The notes beneath the pieces are model-generated. The model was not told where the DNA came from. It worked only from the letters and a program-made list of their open reading frames with translations, and searched no databases. The position numbers were made by a program, and so were the translations under genes. A stretch of DNA of 39,728 bases from Ministeria vibrans ATCC 50519 (Eukaryota; Protista; Filasterea): the NCBI GenBank assembly GCA_943704425.1, contig CALSCP010000716.1, positions 1 through 39,728 on the forward strand, read 5' to 3'. The first letter of the stretch is position 1. Each line of letters starts with the position of its first letter. Of the stretch, positions 35,801-39,728 are shown one piece after another.

Positions 35801-38061
35801 AGGCGGTGTAGCGAGCTAGAGTGGTACGTACAATGGCGGCAAGACCATCAAAAACGGTCACAAGCAAGTCCTGGTCGCTAAAGTACGTCGTCGTGAGCAT
35901 TGCTTCGGTGAGGGCACGCACCGTGGGCGTAAAAAGAAGCTGGGGACAATCGGAAACATAGCGATGGAGCGACTCGAGCGCAATCGAGGGCAGCTCGGGC
36001 TCCGTCGCGTTGGCTGGGCTCTCGTACAGCAGCGTCACAATGCGTTGAACATGGGTTCGCTTTGTAGCCGGCTCGCCAATGTCAAACGAGGGCAGACAAC
36101 GCATGAGCGCCGTGTGGTTGGACGCGGGCGTGGACGTGTCCATGAGCATGGCAACGAGACACTGGCTCATCGAGTGAACAAAGCTCGAGCCGCGCAAATA
36201 GTTAGAGAGACGCGGCAGAACAAGCAGCACAAGTTCACGGTGTTCGTGCGTGAATGCCTTGGGATCGCGCAGCATTTCGAGGAGCTTCGCCTCGATGGGC
36301 TTTGGGTTCCTCTGGCCAACGGCAACGAGACAGTTGACAAGAAGCGCCCGCTCGTTGGTGTCCGCATAGAGCGGCGTCAGCTTCTTGGGCACAACCAAGT
36401 TGATGAGCGAGGCTGTCTGCTCGTCGAGCATGTCTCGGTGCTTGTCAGCCGCCTCGACGCTGAGCATAGAAAAGAAGCGGAAAACCAGCGGCAGCGTCGT
36501 GTTGCGGTGCTCCTTGAGTGCCTTCGCCAGCAGCTGCAGGTAGTCACGCGAGTGGCTCGTGTAAAATTCCGAGTCTCCCAGGCAGATCATCGAGCCCATG
36601 GCGTCCATGTTGAACGACGCTAGCTTGTCCTTTTTCTTGCCCCACCGCAGAAGCAGGTCAAAGACGGAGCGAAAGAGCGTCTGGAGGGCACCGACGTGCT
36701 CGGGCGACCACTTGTCGTTGAAAACGTGTGCGTCGAGAGTGTTCCAAAAGACAAAGCCGGGAGGGCGCGCGAGACGCTCGAGCAGCACAATGAGCAGGTG
36801 TGACAGTTCCTCGCGCATCCCCGAGCGTTCGGCCGTCTCCATTGCGCGCATGATGGCCTCCATGAGACGCCGCGCCGCGTGCACGCGAGACTCCGACTCA
36901 CTGCCAAAAATAAAGTAGGCAAACGGCATGTGCGTCATGATCATCTCCTCGACGGACACGTCACCCGACACAAAGTTGTGCAGGCGCGCACAGAGCACGT
37001 CGATAAACGAGTGCAGGTGCACATCGGCCGTGCACAAAATGCCAATGGTGTGGGCGGCGCACCTGACAAAGCTTGCGCTGTACGCTGTCGTCAGGCGCGT
37101 CACGGCAAACTGCAACAGCATCGGATTGAGACGCGCAATGGTGGCCGTGTCTTTTTCGAGCACTTGAAAGCACATGAGAAGCGTCTCGAGCACAACAAAC
37201 TCGGGCATGTCGCAATCGTAGTCGCGCACGGTTGTCGTCAGCAGAGTCCCTCGACGTGAAATCGAAGCACCGCTCGACGTGCCACTTGACTGATCGTTGC
37301 CACTCAGCGATGCCACCGAGCCGGCCTTCTTGCCAAGGCGTGAGGCAACGCCGAACCGACTCGACGACTTGACTGACGACGAACTTGTGCCGCTGCTGCT
37401 TGCACCCCCAATGCCGGTTGCGCCACCTGAGCCACCGCTACTGGCAACGCCGCCAGCCGCAGCCATCAGGCCGGCGGCCCCCGCATCGGCGGGCGCTGTG
37501 AGTTTGAGGCCGATCAAGACCAGTTCGGTTGTGACTAAGATGGGATGGTCGCGCACCATCGCCAGCAGAACCTTTTGAAGGGTTCTCAGCGTCTGTAGAA
37601 CCTCATACTCGTTGATGGTCGACGGAGGTGCAGCCTTCTCTGCCTTGGCAAGGTCGCCAACGGACATTTTCTGTGCACAAAGTGAGAGAGTTCATAAAAA
37701 ATAAAAAAAATAAAACAACGACTCGATTAAAGACGACATGTGCAACACAAAGCACCGCGAGTGGCAGCAGAGGCATGTGATAGCACAAAACACAAGGGGG
37801 GTGTGCCGCGGAGTCGCAAGCAGGACGGCAGGAACACGGGAGCGGCGGCAACAGCAATCGACGCCTTACCTTGGTTTTGGCGGGAACAATCGACTGCTTG
37901 TACTTGGCTATTCGCGCCTGCTGCTGCTGCTGTAGCAGCTCCGAGAACCGCTTGAGCGAGTGCCTGCAAGGCGGAAGCAGCCCGCGTTCGTCTTTCAGCT
38001 CAACAAGGACCGAACTCACCAAAACTTACCTGGCAAACTTCTCCTTCTCCTTGTCCACCAT
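29835..38061 (-). CDS. Large Furry/Tao3/Mor2-like helical-repeat protein with C-terminal IPT/TIG and RhoGAP domains (~2653 aa, 3 exons)
   Basis: Exons 38061-38030, 37963-37870 and 37670-29835. RhoGAP: PVLVVRCIEEIERRGLEEEGLYRLSG, KQYFRELSEPL, NKMNVRNICVVFGPTL. IPT: PHVTTMEPDAGPPGTWITLVGSALG...VVVTTRSGG...FEY. Furry-like motifs (ICLGDSEFY, ELLSDVA, MPLLLMNAL, LRVEWAALALEWA) are weaker evidence. Confidence 0.85.
34744..34794 (-). repeat. CAG/CAA repeat encoding a 17-residue poly-Gln tract
   Basis: Read directly within the 2610-aa ORF. Confidence 0.9.
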
Positions 38062-38412
38062 GGCAACAGACCAAACTGGAGAGAGGCAGAAGAAAAGTCC
38101 TGGTGTTGATTCTTGAGACTTGAAGGTTCCGCGACTGCAAAGATGTGAGAATAATTGTATTATTGTAATATAACTAATATTGTATAAACTATAATGTTTA
38201 CAGTTTAATGTATGTCTTTAATTTTATTTGGCGACAATTCAGATCGCAGAATGCACACCCAATTTTTTAGAATCGCAAAATGCACACTTATTATTCTCTA
38301 TTCTCTATTCAAATAATCAAATTATTTTTATTGTTATTATTATTCTTATTAGTATTATAATAATATTATAATTATTATTATTGTTGTTGTTTTTTGTGTT
38401 GCGTATGTCTTT

Positions 38413-38513
<101 letters not shown>

Positions 38514-38580
38514 CAAATTCATAGAAATAAATGAAATGAAAAGTTTACTCAAGGAGATAATACAAGAAAAATAAATAAAA

Positions 38581-39582
38581 TCATAATGAATTTTTCACTC
38601 TCCTTGTCTCAAACTGACAGAACATGTTGGAGATGAATGGGAAAGTGAACAGTTTCTGCAGCTTGGTTCGAGTGGTAGGATTGGTCTTGTGTGGCACGTG
38701 GATGAGATGTGCATGTGGCACCGTGTACCACGAGAAGCGCGCCAGGTAGAGTTGCTTGTGCCAGAGAACCTTGTCGAGCAGCATGGCACCGTGTGCCTCG
38801 GGCACCCGATGCTGTTTGAAGTCGCTCGTTCGCATGAGCCCGTACGGCTCAAACACCCACTGGTTGCATGTCGTGAGTGCCTCTTCAATTGTCGTCCATG
38901 GCATCACAAGGGGCAGCAGTTGAAAGTCGCCGAGACTCCAGCGTGTAAACTGGCTGAGTTCGTGACCATGACAGTAGTTGTCGCGGGGAACATCACACAG
39001 CTGATGCAATTGCGAGTCGGCTATGTCTCGCAAAAGCACCTCGGTGTGCTCCTCAATGGTCGTGTGCAATGTCGATGACGCACACTTCCACGGTGAAACC
39101 AACTGCTGCTTCCATGCTGACGCGAGAGTCTTAAACGACCAGTTGCGCGGTAACAGTGACAGCACCTCCTTTTCGCTGCAGTCTCGCACTTCAAACGAAG
39201 GCAGTGTGAAGATACACTTCTCACACAGTTCCGGTAGCGCGCGTGACAACTCCGCGTACGTCTCATTCGACGGCACAAAGTCCAGGTCCACATAGAGAAA
39301 GGAGTCTGTGTGTACCTTGTCAATGGCCATGTTTCGAATCGAATTGATTGGAAAGGACGACAGGAGCGGATCAGTGCCGGCCGGATGGTCACCAGGATTC
39401 ACAAAAAGCGCTATGAGGGTATTTCGGAATGACTCCTGCTCCTGCAGCAGCCACAGCCGTGCCTCGGCCGACTCGGCTGGTGTGCTGTAGAGTACAATAA
39501 CCGTAGGACCAGCCCAACGACGCCCATACTCCGAATCAAACTCTCGCAAGCCTTTGAGCCTCTCCAAAGTTCCCATACTCAC
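38581..39582 (-). CDS. Last exon of a GT49 glycosyltransferase (LARGE/B4GAT1-like glucuronyltransferase domain); the gene continues beyond the window
   Basis: FPINSIRNMA, FLYVDLDFVPS (DxD), LPSFE, FEPY, DKV and HLIHVPH. Splice acceptor cacag at 39583-39587. Confidence 0.85.
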   Translation of the reverse strand: MSMGTLERLKGLREFDSEYGRRWAGPTVIVLYSTPAESAEARLWLLQEQESFRNTLIALFVNPGDHPAGTDPLLSSFPINSIRNMAIDKVHTDSFLYVDLDFVPSNETYAELSRALPELCEKCIFTLPSFEVRDCSEKEVLSLLPRNWSFKTLASAWKQQLVSPWKCASSTLHTTIEEHTEVLLRDIADSQLHQLCDVPRDNYCHGHELSQFTRWSLGDFQLLPLVMPWTTIEEALTTCNQWVFEPYGLMRTSDFKQHRVPEAHGAMLLDKVLWHKQLYLARFSWYTVPHAHLIHVPHKTNPTTRTKLQKLFTFPFISNMFCQFETRRVKNSL

Positions 39583-39622
39583 CTGTGTGGTAATAAAAAA
39601 ATATGTTATTATATTATAGTAA

Positions 39623-39728
<106 letters not shown>

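Noticed and set aside
29870-37578. Many short overlapping ORFs inside the Furry-like/RhoGAP gene
   Set aside because: Expected off-frame and antisense ORFs in GC-rich coding DNA.

Overview
Gene-dense eukaryotic genomic DNA with short GT-AG introns, GC-rich exons, (TAA)n/(CT)n-filled introns and three assembly gaps. It most likely comes from a unicellular eukaryote related to animals or amoebozoans; this is inferred from gene content and is not proven. I assembled about 15 protein-coding genes by hand splicing. The left half holds a NACHT/STAND NTPase ending in a polytopic membrane domain and an adhesion GPCR (unrecognised N-terminal domain, 2 EGF, receptor-L-like repeats, GAIN/GPS, 7TM). Next to the GPCR is an unannotated ORF that is a stand-alone paralogue of its N-terminal domain. 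A full animal-type dual oxidase (DUOX) is transcribed divergently from the GPCR, and its maturation factor DUOXA lies directly downstream. The right half holds a BIN4-like protein (plant topoisomerase VI accessory subunit), TSR2, mitochondrial L17, a TARG1/OARD1 macrodomain, a SMYD-type SET protein, a metzincin protease, a TLC-domain protein, a 2653-aa Furry-like/IPT/RhoGAP fusion and a GT49 glycosyltransferase exon. The best candidate for an undescribed system is the linked NACHT-TM / GPCR-domain paralogue / aGPCR / DUOX / DUOXA block, a possible sensing-to-H2O2 module. All family assignments come from motif recognition by eye; no searches were run.
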